Assembly: GCA_963665095.1 (NCBI GenBank)
Contig: OY762069.1
Coordinates: forward strand, 4,352,001-4,416,000
Length of the DNA: 64,000 nucleotides
Source of the DNA: an uncultured Desulfobacter sp.
GTDB lineage: Bacteria > Desulfobacterota > Desulfobacteria > Desulfobacterales > Desulfobacteraceae
Direction: 5' to 3'
Shown here: positions 1-8,800 of the stretch, piece after piece
How the letters are laid out: the number at the start of each line of letters is the position of its first letter
How positions within the stretch are numbered: the stretch's first letter is position 1
Notes under the pieces: model-generated
Seen by the model: only the letters and a program-made list of their open reading frames with translations
The model's database searches: none
Told to the model about the DNA's origin: nothing
Position numbers and translations under genes: made by a program

Positions 1-576
1 CAGGGCCAGCAGGGAGGTTAATGACCGAATGCCTGAACAGGCGTCCACAACCTCCAGGGAGGTGTTGGCCAGGTGAAGAATATTGCCTTCCCTAAACACC
101 GGGATGCCGATCATGCTGATTGTTTCCGATGAGATCCGGGCGGCAAACAGCTGAAGGGGGAAAGCGATTCTATTCCAGATAATGGCTGGAATGGGGATCA
201 TCATGATCAGATAGCACAACGGCACAGCAAGTTCTTTGAGCATGGCCACCCCAAAGCTGAAGGCAATGATGCCGGCCAGGGTAATGATCATGGATGTCCG
301 CATCAAGAACAGCTCTGCACCGAGGTTCCCGGCCATATATACCATGATGCCAAAAACAATAATAAAGATGCCGTATATTGAGGGGCGGCATTCAATCTGT
401 CGAAGGTGATTCTGTCTGTACCAGACCATATAGGCAGCCACAAATGGAATTAAGAACCCGTGGGAAAAATTGGGATCTATGGTCCAGTCGGCAATTAAAT
501 CTGCCAGGGTTGTCCAATACAGAATGAGAAAAGCACCTGTAATTAAAACGAGTTGAATTATCAGCGTTGGTTTCAT
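1..576 (-). CDS. Exosortase (EpsH/XrtA family), 5' part; runs off the window edge
   Basis: Not in the ORF track. Manual translation from ATG at 576: MKPTLIIQLVLITGAFLILYWTTLADLIADWTIDPNFSHGFLIPFVAAY...REGNILHLANTSLEVVDACSGIRSLTSLLAL. Shows the exosortase SHGxLIP and catalytic ACSG motifs; adjacent to epsI. Confidence 0.92.
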   Translation of the reverse strand, partial: MKPTLIIQLVLITGAFLILYWTTLADLIADWTIDPNFSHGFLIPFVAAYMVWYRQNHLRQIECRPSIYGIFIIVFGIMVYMAGNLGAELFLMRTSMIITLAGIIAFSFGVAMLKELAVPLCYLIMMIPIPAIIWNRIAFPLQLFAARISSETISMIGIPVFREGNILHLANTSLEVVDACSGIRSLTSLLAL

Positions 577-600
577 AAGTGGATAGAAATTTAAAAGGGG

Positions 601-1236
601 TCAGTCCGGGATATGCTGTTTAAGAATGGGATAAATCTCGCCGGCAAACTCTTTCAAAATATTATCCGCATCTTTTTCATTCGTTATCACCGGTGTGATA
701 AGGCGAACAAAAGAGCCATCCGTACGGTTTTTCATGATTGAATCCAGCACCAGCCAGATTTTCTGCATATATTCAGAGCAGATGATCCTGCCTCGAGACT
801 GGAACCAGTAATATACCACCTGCTTTTGCCCGCCTTTGGCCAGCAGCAGCCTTGCTATTTTAACTGGCGTTTTATTTTGGGGCGGATCAATGGGGACAAT
901 TGAGCTGTGTACAATATTCCACCCGGCACCAGGCATGCAGTTTTTAGGAGAATGGATCAGATCGCCTTTGCTCTGGCTCTGATAAAACCCCACATAAAGG
1001 TTAACAGATTGACGGGGGCCTTTATGGAAATCGGCCATAATATAATCTTCAACACCCAGGATATTATAAACCCTTTCATCCATCTCACTGGTTGTACCTT
1101 GCCAGGGACCGACCTCAAGGGGAAACAAACTAAAGGAACGGTTTGGTTTGATGCGCTCTGAGTGCGAAAACAGCGCCGTCATACCAGTGGCTGCAAGTAG
1201 CATAAAGACAATAATCAGGGTATGTTTTAACGACAA
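601..1236 (-). CDS. epsI: Exosortase-associated EpsI protein
   Basis: 211 aa; N-terminal TM; VNLYVGFY..Q, IHSPKNCMPGAGW and RTDGSFVRL motifs; next to the exosortase. Confidence 0.88.
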   Translation of the reverse strand: MSLKHTLIIVFMLLAATGMTALFSHSERIKPNRSFSLFPLEVGPWQGTTSEMDERVYNILGVEDYIMADFHKGPRQSVNLYVGFYQSQSKGDLIHSPKNCMPGAGWNIVHSSIVPIDPPQNKTPVKIARLLLAKGGQKQVVYYWFQSRGRIICSEYMQKIWLVLDSIMKNRTDGSFVRLITPVITNEKDADNILKEFAGEIYPILKQHIPD

Positions 1237-1262
1237 GCTTAACTTAGTCCTGTTTGTTTAAA

Positions 1263-2696
1263 TCAAAAAATTTCTTTCTCAAGCGATGATCTGCTCGGCT
1301 CTTTATCCGGTCGTATGGGTTTTTCCGGTATCAACCGGACAAAAACAGTAACTGTATTTTCTTCGTAATCGTGTCTTAGGGCATCATCGGTTTTAAAATC
1401 AACATGACTCACATTGGCTCTCACCTGCAGCCATTTTAAAGGGCTCCATGTCAGGCCGCCGCCTACTTCAAAGGTATCGTCCTGTCGATCCACATCCTCC
1501 TCTTTAAAATCCTGAAGCTTGTAAGATGCAAACAGGCTCGAGGACAAGCGCTTTGCAATCATGTAGTTCAAGGAAAAACCTGCCTGGTAATTAATGGTGT
1601 ATCCCAGGCTTGCCGCCTCATCATCAGACTCCTCATATGAGCTGCTTCCAGTGATGGACAAAGACCCTTTTCGACTGAAATTAAATACTTTGTATGCGTT
1701 AATATCAAAAAACGGCTCTTCTGAGTCCTCGTTTGTGTCGTCGTCCCATCTATCGAAAAGAACGCCGGCACCCAGTGAAATACCGGAATCTTCCGTTATG
1801 TCCCAGTCGAAACCGATGGATGGATGATAAATAACATGATCCCCGTCTTCGCGCTCAGATAAATAGTGACGATATTTGATATACCCGTCCAGATGTTTTG
1901 TAAATTGCCTTATGTACCGTATATCCCCGGCATAGGTTTCGTAATCATTGGTGGAAAGGGTATCGAATTTTTTATTTGTATACTCCAGATTTGTTTCCAC
2001 AGCATCCAGGCGGGTAAACCAGTAAGTCAAAAAAGCTGTGGGCTCATAGCTTTCATACTCATCTGCATCTGAATCTTTATACCTGATAGTTTCGTAGGAA
2101 CAATCTGCGCCCATACTGCTTTTAGCACCAAAGGTTTTCCGTATGGCAACGTTACCGTTATGAACCGTATTTTCCTTGTATTCACCGGTTCTGAGCTGCT
2201 CAGTAAAGCTGTTGGAATAATCATAAGCAAGGGATGTGTTAACGGTCTTTGTCAACTGGCTGTCCACCGATGCATTTGCAGAATGCTCCCATGAATCCCC
2301 GTCATGGTTGCCGTCATGGCCGTCATAGACAATATCGGCCTTGGCTGTGGTGTGTTTTGTTGCCTGGATTGTTCCAGAAAGGCTGCCGTTCTGATCCAGA
2401 CTATCCCTGTCACTCAAATTTTTATAATCATTATATTCCGGATTATAGTTCAGATAGATTTGACTTCTTTTGCTTAAAAAGCCAATTGAAAAGCCGAGCT
2501 CATATGTGGTCACCCACTCCTCTTCATCCTCGACCCCTTCTCCAGTCTGAAAATAATTATCCTTATATTCTTCCGTCACCGTGAGCGTAGGTGTAAGCTG
2601 GGTGACCATTCCGGCAGATGCAACGGACGCCGGCATAAACAAGCACAATAAAAAAGTCATTAGCCTGTTACATGCTTTTTGCCAAAACGGTTTCAT
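1263..2696 (-). CDS. Outer-membrane beta-barrel protein of the PEP-CTERM/EPS system (TIGR03016-like)
   Basis: 477 aa; signal peptide; alternating aromatic beta-strand pattern; position in the locus. Confidence 0.7.
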   Translation of the reverse strand: MKPFWQKACNRLMTFLLCLFMPASVASAGMVTQLTPTLTVTEEYKDNYFQTGEGVEDEEEWVTTYELGFSIGFLSKRSQIYLNYNPEYNDYKNLSDRDSLDQNGSLSGTIQATKHTTAKADIVYDGHDGNHDGDSWEHSANASVDSQLTKTVNTSLAYDYSNSFTEQLRTGEYKENTVHNGNVAIRKTFGAKSSMGADCSYETIRYKDSDADEYESYEPTAFLTYWFTRLDAVETNLEYTNKKFDTLSTNDYETYAGDIRYIRQFTKHLDGYIKYRHYLSEREDGDHVIYHPSIGFDWDITEDSGISLGAGVLFDRWDDDTNEDSEEPFFDINAYKVFNFSRKGSLSITGSSSYEESDDEAASLGYTINYQAGFSLNYMIAKRLSSSLFASYKLQDFKEEDVDRQDDTFEVGGGLTWSPLKWLQVRANVSHVDFKTDDALRHDYEENTVTVFVRLIPEKPIRPDKEPSRSSLEKEIF

Positions 2697-2724
2697 ATCC
2701 CCCCCCTGATTAATTGAACAGCTG

Positions 2725-3330
2725 TTACGGAACGATAATAATATCGTCTGCCTTAAGCTGAATATCTTTTTCCAGTTTGCCTTTGGTGATATCTTTATAA
2801 TCGATTTTAATCATCTGTTCTTTTCCATTGTCCCTGCGGAAAAGAATAATCTCATCTTTGGAGGCCCATTCGGTAAATCCCTTGGCCAGGGCAAATGCCT
2901 GGACAACTGTCAGCTTTTTTACCAGGGGATATTCCCCAACCATCTGGACTTCACCAAGAATGTAATACCTCTGGCTACCCGGGCTGGCCAGAGTAACGGT
3001 AACTGTAGGGGCTTCTACAAACTCGGAAAGCCTTTTCTGGATCTCTTCTTTCAACTCCATTGTGGTCCGGCCGGACGCCTGTATATCATCCAGCAACGGA
3101 ATGGTAATCTTTCCATCATTCCGGACAAACACTTTTTCAAAGGAGAGATCCTCTTCTTTCCAGGTGGTTACCTGCAAGACATCCCCGACACCAATTTTAT
3201 AATCTTGTTTATAATCTGGGCTACCTTTGGTAGAAGAATCTGCGGCCGCCGCAGCGCCGGTCAAACCTGAAAAAAAGGCAAAACCCAGCAAAAAAGAAAT
3301 AACCAATTTGACCATATTATTTTTAAACAT
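2725..3330 (-). CDS. Polysaccharide export protein (Wza/Poly_export + SLBB)
   Basis: YKIGVGDVLQV, VRNDGKITIPLL and GEVQMVG motifs; start placed at ATG 3330 (GGGGGCGGAG RBS). Confidence 0.88.
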   Translation of the reverse strand: MFKNNMVKLVISFLLGFAFFSGLTGAAAAADSSTKGSPDYKQDYKIGVGDVLQVTTWKEEDLSFEKVFVRNDGKITIPLLDDIQASGRTTMELKEEIQKRLSEFVEAPTVTVTLASPGSQRYYILGEVQMVGEYPLVKKLTVVQAFALAKGFTEWASKDEIILFRRDNGKEQMIKIDYKDITKGKLEKDIQLKADDIIIVP

Positions 3331-3440
3331 AGCTCCGCCCCCTCGATTACATCGACTAATCCGGATAAAGATTTGTTTATACTTCAAAGCGTTCCTGAAT
3401 TTACCAAATCCGATCAGACCGGGTACTAAATCGGTCTGGC

Positions 3441-4835
3441 TTATCTTGCACCTTTGCCGAAAAGAACTGTTTTAACAGTTTTTAAAAGCACTACCATATC
3501 CAGAGCAAAGGACATATTCTTAATGTAAAAAAGATCGTAATTGAGTTTTTCCACGGCATCTTCAACGGTTGCACCATAATCATAACAGACCTGTGCCCAC
3601 CCTGTAAGTCCCGGTTTTACATTGAACCGCTGGTTGTAAAAAGGAATCTGTTTCTCAAGCTGATCTGTGAAATATTTACGTTCCGGGCGAGGCCCCACAA
3701 GGCTCATGGTTCCCATAAGAACCTCCCATAACTGGGGCAGTTCGTCAATCCTGTATTTCCTTATAATCCGGCCCACCCGTGTAATGCGGTTATCATTGTC
3801 TCCTGCCCATACCGGCCCTGTAAGCTTTTCCGCGTCCTGCACCATGGAACGAAATTTATGCATCATATACTCTTTGTTACTCCGGCCCACCCGGTCCTGG
3901 GCAAAAAGGACCGGCCCTTTTGAATCAATCTTGATCAGCACCACCACGACCAGCAGCAAAGGAGACAGCAGGGTAAGAAGAATTGAAGCCAGAACAATAT
4001 CCTGCAACCGCTTCAGCACGGTTTTAAGCCAGGATTTTTGAAAACCGCTGGAAAAGATAAGCCAGGAAGGCTCAATTTCCCTGACCAGGACCTTTCCTGT
4101 CAGCATTTCAAAAAAGGAGCTTCCGGTTATCACATCAACGCCTTTGGTCCTGCACTGAATTAGCTCCTGGGAGGGGAACCGCCCTCTTTTTTCCTTAAGC
4201 GCCACAATGATTTTATCTATGTTATATGCATCACAAAGCTCCGAAAGAGTGTTACTCTTTTCACGAATAAGGATATCTTCAGGCAAAATACTTTCGAATT
4301 CCGAATCAGGACAATCTGGCAAAACAGCGCATACTGTATACCCGCAGTCAATGGTCTTGACGATGTTGGTATATATATCCATGGCCAGCTTGCTGGCACC
4401 AAGAATAATGACACGCTGATTAAACATGCCCTTACGGAGTATGTGAAGATATCCGAGTCGCCAGAAAACAATAAAGACTATTAAAAATATAATACTTATT
4501 ACGTAAATTTTTTGATCTATAATGACCAGCGGAAACAAGAAATAGACACCGGCTAAAAAAATGGATGCCACGCCAAGGGCCTGAAGAAGGCGAATCATGA
4601 TTTCCGGAATATTTGAAACAACATCAAAATCGTACAGATCATTGTAATACAGACAGGTTTGAAGAATAATAGTAACAAAAGTAATTCTTAAAACCAGCAT
4701 GAAATCAAACCAATATGAATTGGAAAATGTAACAAGAGCCGTTGAAAAGAGAAAGCAGCTGAAAATCACCCATCCTTCAACAAGAAAAAAGAGCATGTTT
4801 CTGATAGGGAAATATTGGCGCAAAATGCTGAGCAT
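3441..4835 (-). CDS. Priming glycosyltransferase, PEP-CTERM/XrtA system (TIGR03013-like)
   Basis: KFRSM, RIDELPQL, MSLVGPRPER and KPGLTGWAQV bacterial sugar transferase motifs; N-terminal TMs. Confidence 0.92.
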   Translation of the reverse strand: MLSILRQYFPIRNMLFFLVEGWVIFSCFLFSTALVTFSNSYWFDFMLVLRITFVTIILQTCLYYNDLYDFDVVSNIPEIMIRLLQALGVASIFLAGVYFLFPLVIIDQKIYVISIIFLIVFIVFWRLGYLHILRKGMFNQRVIILGASKLAMDIYTNIVKTIDCGYTVCAVLPDCPDSEFESILPEDILIREKSNTLSELCDAYNIDKIIVALKEKRGRFPSQELIQCRTKGVDVITGSSFFEMLTGKVLVREIEPSWLIFSSGFQKSWLKTVLKRLQDIVLASILLTLLSPLLLVVVVLIKIDSKGPVLFAQDRVGRSNKEYMMHKFRSMVQDAEKLTGPVWAGDNDNRITRVGRIIRKYRIDELPQLWEVLMGTMSLVGPRPERKYFTDQLEKQIPFYNQRFNVKPGLTGWAQVCYDYGATVEDAVEKLNYDLFYIKNMSFALDMVVLLKTVKTVLFGKGAR

Positions 4836-4860
4836 TTTCAGAAAACCCCTCTTTTAAAAA

Positions 4861-5715
4861 TCACCGTCGCTGTTGATGCCCATATCCATAACCAGTTTTA
4901 TGATACCCATACCCATAGCCAACGCTTTTTCTTGAATAATTAGTAACCACGCCTAACACTTTTTCCCGGCCGTAGATTTCCAGGATATCCGCCACTTCCT
5001 TAATCCGTGTTTTTCCCTGGCGAACAACAAGAATAATCCCGTCTACAAACCTGGCAATGGCATTGGTCTCTGAGGTCAGATAAGGCGGCGGGGTATCAAT
5101 AATGATATACCTGTCACTATACCGGAGCTTGACCTCATGGAGCAGACGGCGCATCTGATCTGAAGAGAGAAGTTCGGACGGATTGGATGGAATCTGCCCG
5201 GCCGTTAAAACAGTCAGCTTGTTGATGTGCGTTTTTTTGAGGACATCGAACAGCGGCATGGTATTTGAGAGATAATCACTTAAGCCTTCCTCATTCCCGC
5301 CAAACCCAAAAAAAGTATGAATGGTGGGGGCCCTTAAATCGCAGTCCATGAGCAGAACATATTCATCTATGCTCTGGGCAATGCTCACAGCAAGATTGGC
5401 CGCCACAAAAGACTTCCCCTCATGGGGGGAAGCACTGGTCACCATGATGGTTTTTGGAGGCTCTCCATGTTCCGGGAACAGGATATTGTTTTTCAAAAGG
5501 CGAAATTGTTCCGAAGCCGGCGAATGGGGTTTTGTCGCTGTGATCAGTTCAGGCCTCGGCCTTTGGGATCGGGATACCGCGGCGTCCCCTGATCCGTTGG
5601 AAGCCGTGTTGTCAGCCTTATCCTGGTCGTTGCCGCCATCCTTTACCGATGCAACCCCGCTTCCTTGTATGTCTGTATTTCCCGCTTTTTCCAGTGCGCT
5701 GAATATTTTTCCCAA
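4861..5715 (-). CDS. EPS tyrosine autokinase (CpsD/CapB, XrtA-associated)
   Basis: Walker A TSASPHEGKS, DCDLR, IIIDTPP; C-terminal Tyr cluster GYGYGYHKTGYGYG. Confidence 0.9.
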   Translation of the reverse strand: MGKIFSALEKAGNTDIQGSGVASVKDGGNDQDKADNTASNGSGDAAVSRSQRPRPELITATKPHSPASEQFRLLKNNILFPEHGEPPKTIMVTSASPHEGKSFVAANLAVSIAQSIDEYVLLMDCDLRAPTIHTFFGFGGNEEGLSDYLSNTMPLFDVLKKTHINKLTVLTAGQIPSNPSELLSSDQMRRLLHEVKLRYSDRYIIIDTPPPYLTSETNAIARFVDGIILVVRQGKTRIKEVADILEIYGREKVLGVVTNYSRKSVGYGYGYHKTGYGYGHQQRR

Positions 5716-5735
5716 AATCCTATATCCTAAAGGTA

Positions 5736-7373
5736 TTACAAGTTAAGGGTCGTTTTAATAAAATTGATTGTTCTGTCCAGACCTTTATGGTTCAGTATGG
5801 CAAAGAATGCCAGAAACACCCCCCCATAACAACAACAGCTGGCAAACATGGCCCGCTCGACACGCTTCTTCATCCTGTCCCCGGGCTTTTCCAGAGAGGG
5901 AATTGATGCCAGAATAGGCAAATCTAAAAGGGTTTCGATTTGATCATCTCTCTGGATAACAGAAAAATTTATAAACTCTTTCAAAAAAATAATACCGGCA
6001 CCGATTCCAAGCCCGCCAGCCACGGACATCAAAAACATCAATTTAACATTAGGAGAAATAGGCTTTTCAGGTAACCGGGCATGATCAAGGATCCTGAACT
6101 GCTCCCCTTTTTGCTTTTTCTCCATATTCACAGAGAGCTCCGCCTCAAGCTTTCTGTCCAGAAGCGAATTATAAATACCCTGTATATTACCATAATCTCG
6201 CTTAAGAGACTGCATCTCCAGTTCGCGCTTTGGCGTATCTTCAACGCGTTGCTGATAGACTTTCATCTGATCCTGCAGCCTGGCAATCTCAGATTGAAGC
6301 ATATTTACCTCCACTGCAAGTTGCGCACGCTGGGCTTTCATGGGCGCGGAGGCATCCTTTGAGATATCTGGTGGGTCAGCCTTGGCAGATTGAACTTCAG
6401 GTGGATTTAGCTCAGTCTCAGCCATTTTAGTTTTTAATTTCTCAATTGTTTTTTTTACTTTTTTAACATCCGGGTGCTTATCCGTATACCGGAGTAACAG
6501 TTGGTCGTACTTTGCCTGGGCAACCTCAAGGGCAGCTTTGTCTTCTGAACCACCCAAGCCTTCATCAAAACTTGAAGAATCATCCCCCCCTGACCCAAGA
6601 CCGTCAGCAACGTCAGAAGAGGTTCTGGCCATCTGGGAAATTTGAGTATCAAGGGAAGCAATGGAATTATTAAGATCGCGCAAAGTAGCTGCTTTGTCGG
6701 TAAGTTCCCTTTGCATACGATCCAATGTTCGAAGATTTGTTTCAAGTTCATCAGGCAGGCCGCCAAGGTACTTAGCCCTGAACGCTGCAAGTTTCTGTTC
6801 TCTTTCCTCAAGGCGGTTCTTGGTTTTCTCAAGCTCGGCATCCAGGAATTCGCTGGTACCGATGGCCTGGGCTTCCCTGACCTTCAGGTTCTCATCCATG
6901 AAATAAGAGGCCAGGGTGTTGGCAATTCGCATGACCCGCTGGGGTTCACTGCCACTAAAGGAGATGGAAAAGGCTTCCGCCCCATGCCGGGATCTTTCAA
7001 TTCTCACCTTAATTCGCTTCCTCAATTCTGCAATCTTATCTTCCAGATACATACTGGCAGTGTCCTCATATAAACCGAACTGCTCAATGATCTGCTCAAG
7101 ATTGCTCCGGCTTAATATCTGCTGTGAAATGGTACTGATCCGCTCACCAATACTGGAGGAGACAACAGATCTGACATAATTTGTGGGCACCCGCTGGGGC
7201 TGAACAAGGATCAACGTACTGGCTTCATAGGTCTTTTTCGCCGTCAACGTAATCCCAAGCCCTATGGTTAAAGTGATGCACAAAGGAACAATTAGAAACC
7301 AGCGTCCCCGTAGAAGGACATCAATAATATACTCGGGTTTAATCTGGGTTGGTGCCTGAAACGGATCTGCCAT
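5736..7373 (-). CDS. Polysaccharide chain-length determinant (Wzz/GumC, XrtA system)
   Basis: Two TM regions flanking a coiled coil; YTDKHPDV and ILDHARLPEKPISP motifs. Confidence 0.9.
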   Translation of the reverse strand: MADPFQAPTQIKPEYIIDVLLRGRWFLIVPLCITLTIGLGITLTAKKTYEASTLILVQPQRVPTNYVRSVVSSSIGERISTISQQILSRSNLEQIIEQFGLYEDTASMYLEDKIAELRKRIKVRIERSRHGAEAFSISFSGSEPQRVMRIANTLASYFMDENLKVREAQAIGTSEFLDAELEKTKNRLEEREQKLAAFRAKYLGGLPDELETNLRTLDRMQRELTDKAATLRDLNNSIASLDTQISQMARTSSDVADGLGSGGDDSSSFDEGLGGSEDKAALEVAQAKYDQLLLRYTDKHPDVKKVKKTIEKLKTKMAETELNPPEVQSAKADPPDISKDASAPMKAQRAQLAVEVNMLQSEIARLQDQMKVYQQRVEDTPKRELEMQSLKRDYGNIQGIYNSLLDRKLEAELSVNMEKKQKGEQFRILDHARLPEKPISPNVKLMFLMSVAGGLGIGAGIIFLKEFINFSVIQRDDQIETLLDLPILASIPSLEKPGDRMKKRVERAMFASCCCYGGVFLAFFAILNHKGLDRTINFIKTTLNL

Positions 7374-7528
7374 ATTTTTCCCTGAATAAAATTCTGAAAC
7401 AATTTTTATCTAAAAACAGAAAATTAATACTTATCAGCTCTTGTTTTTTTGTCAATGGTTAAAAAACGCAAAAAGTACATTTAATGCTGGTTTAACAATA
7501 ATATTGGGAATCCGATCTGAGTGAATCT

Positions 7529-7564
7529 AAACAGGCTGTGCCTGATTTCAAGCACAGCCTGTTT
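7529..7564. terminator. Probable intrinsic terminator after the PEP-CTERM gene
   Basis: 13-bp inverted repeat AAACAGGCTGTGC-N10-GCACAGCCTGTTT, ~35 nt past the stop. Confidence 0.65.
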
Positions 7565-7598
7565 TCTTTTCCTGAGAAGATAAAAGAGGGGGGGGGGG

Positions 7599-8531
7599 TT
7601 AGCTTTTTTTCTGCAGTTGCTGACGCCGACGCTCAAAGAATCCGGCTCCCAAGAGCCCAAGCCCTAGTAAAAAGAAGGTAGCTGGTTCTGGGATTTGAGA
7701 CGTCTCATAGTCAATAGTGGATGCTGTGTAAAGGACATCATTGCCACAACTCATCTGCCAGTGCATCTGGGCATAATCGCTGTTGGCAAAAAGGCTTTGC
7801 AAATCGGTATCCAGAGAGGCCAGAGAAATGGCAAGTTCAAGGGTGTATGTGCCATTATCATAGCTAAATCCATATGAACCCCAATCCGTAGATCCTGAAT
7901 TTCCATAAGATCTGCAGGAATTCCAAGAATTTGACAGCGTTGCAACTGCGCTATCTGAATTTTCTGAATCAGCACTGTATACCAAGCCTGTGTTGGTAAA
8001 ATTATAGCTATTATCCGTATATTCTTTACTAAGATTACCCCAATAAAAATCCAGACCGGTCAGCTTGTCGCAACGATTAAAATTAAAACTCAGAGCAAGA
8101 TTAGACGCCTCGTTAAGCGCTGTTACAGACTCAGGAGTAGCACTATCCCCAAGCTGGAATATAAAGTCGCCGGTATTGATTCTATTGGCTCCTGATTGAG
8201 TAAAATCATAGGTTGTCTGCAAACCGATATAAAGGTAACCGTCATTAATATAAAGGCCTAAATTTTGTGCATCATAACCGCTCCCCGAATTTCCTCCATA
8301 CTCCACATGGGTGTTTCCTCTGGAATTAAGAAACGGGTTTATATTATTATGAGGTGGATTAGAAGTAACTCTGGTTGACAGCCCAGTCTGCCACTCTTGC
8401 GACCCAGAGTAATAATACATAACGCCATCCATAGAACTCGTAGAAGGCGCAGCCAAAGCCGGTCCACAAAAGAAACAGGAAAAAGATAACATTATACAGG
8501 CAAAACTTCCAAAAATTGATTTCATGATCAC
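7599..8531 (-). CDS. PEP-CTERM surface protein
   Basis: Signal peptide; Ser/Asn/Gly-rich; C-terminal IPEPATFFLLGLGLLGAGFFERRR sorting signal. Confidence 0.92.
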   Translation of the reverse strand: MIMKSIFGSFACIMLSFSCFFCGPALAAPSTSSMDGVMYYYSGSQEWQTGLSTRVTSNPPHNNINPFLNSRGNTHVEYGGNSGSGYDAQNLGLYINDGYLYIGLQTTYDFTQSGANRINTGDFIFQLGDSATPESVTALNEASNLALSFNFNRCDKLTGLDFYWGNLSKEYTDNSYNFTNTGLVYSADSENSDSAVATLSNSWNSCRSYGNSGSTDWGSYGFSYDNGTYTLELAISLASLDTDLQSLFANSDYAQMHWQMSCGNDVLYTASTIDYETSQIPEPATFFLLGLGLLGAGFFERRRQQLQKKS

Positions 8532-8580
8532 ATATCCTTATATAAATGAATAAACTGTCACAAACGTGAAATATTCAACT

Positions 8581-8596
8581 TGCAATCATAGTGCCA
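8581..8596 (-). promoter_or_regulatory. Sigma-54 (-24/-12) promoter of the PEP-CTERM gene
   Basis: Minus strand reads TGGCAC-TATGA-TTGCA, an exact match to TGGCAC-N5-TTGCW, ~50 nt upstream of the start. Confidence 0.85.
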
Positions 8597-8800
8597 TAGA
8601 TCGATTTAAATCATACAAAACGAGCATTTTTTATTAATTACCCAGTATTTTTGATCTTTCCTTAGCACCAAAGAACGCTTTGGTGCTAAAATTTTCTGAA
8701 ACAGTAGACCTCTCACAAAGAGATATGGTTATAAAAGCCATAACACTATGAAAAAAAAGTAATAGCCCTGGAATAATTTTACCATAATCATCAAACAGAT

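Noticed and set aside
170..391. 73-aa ORF from the track
   Set aside because: Alternate frame inside the exosortase gene.
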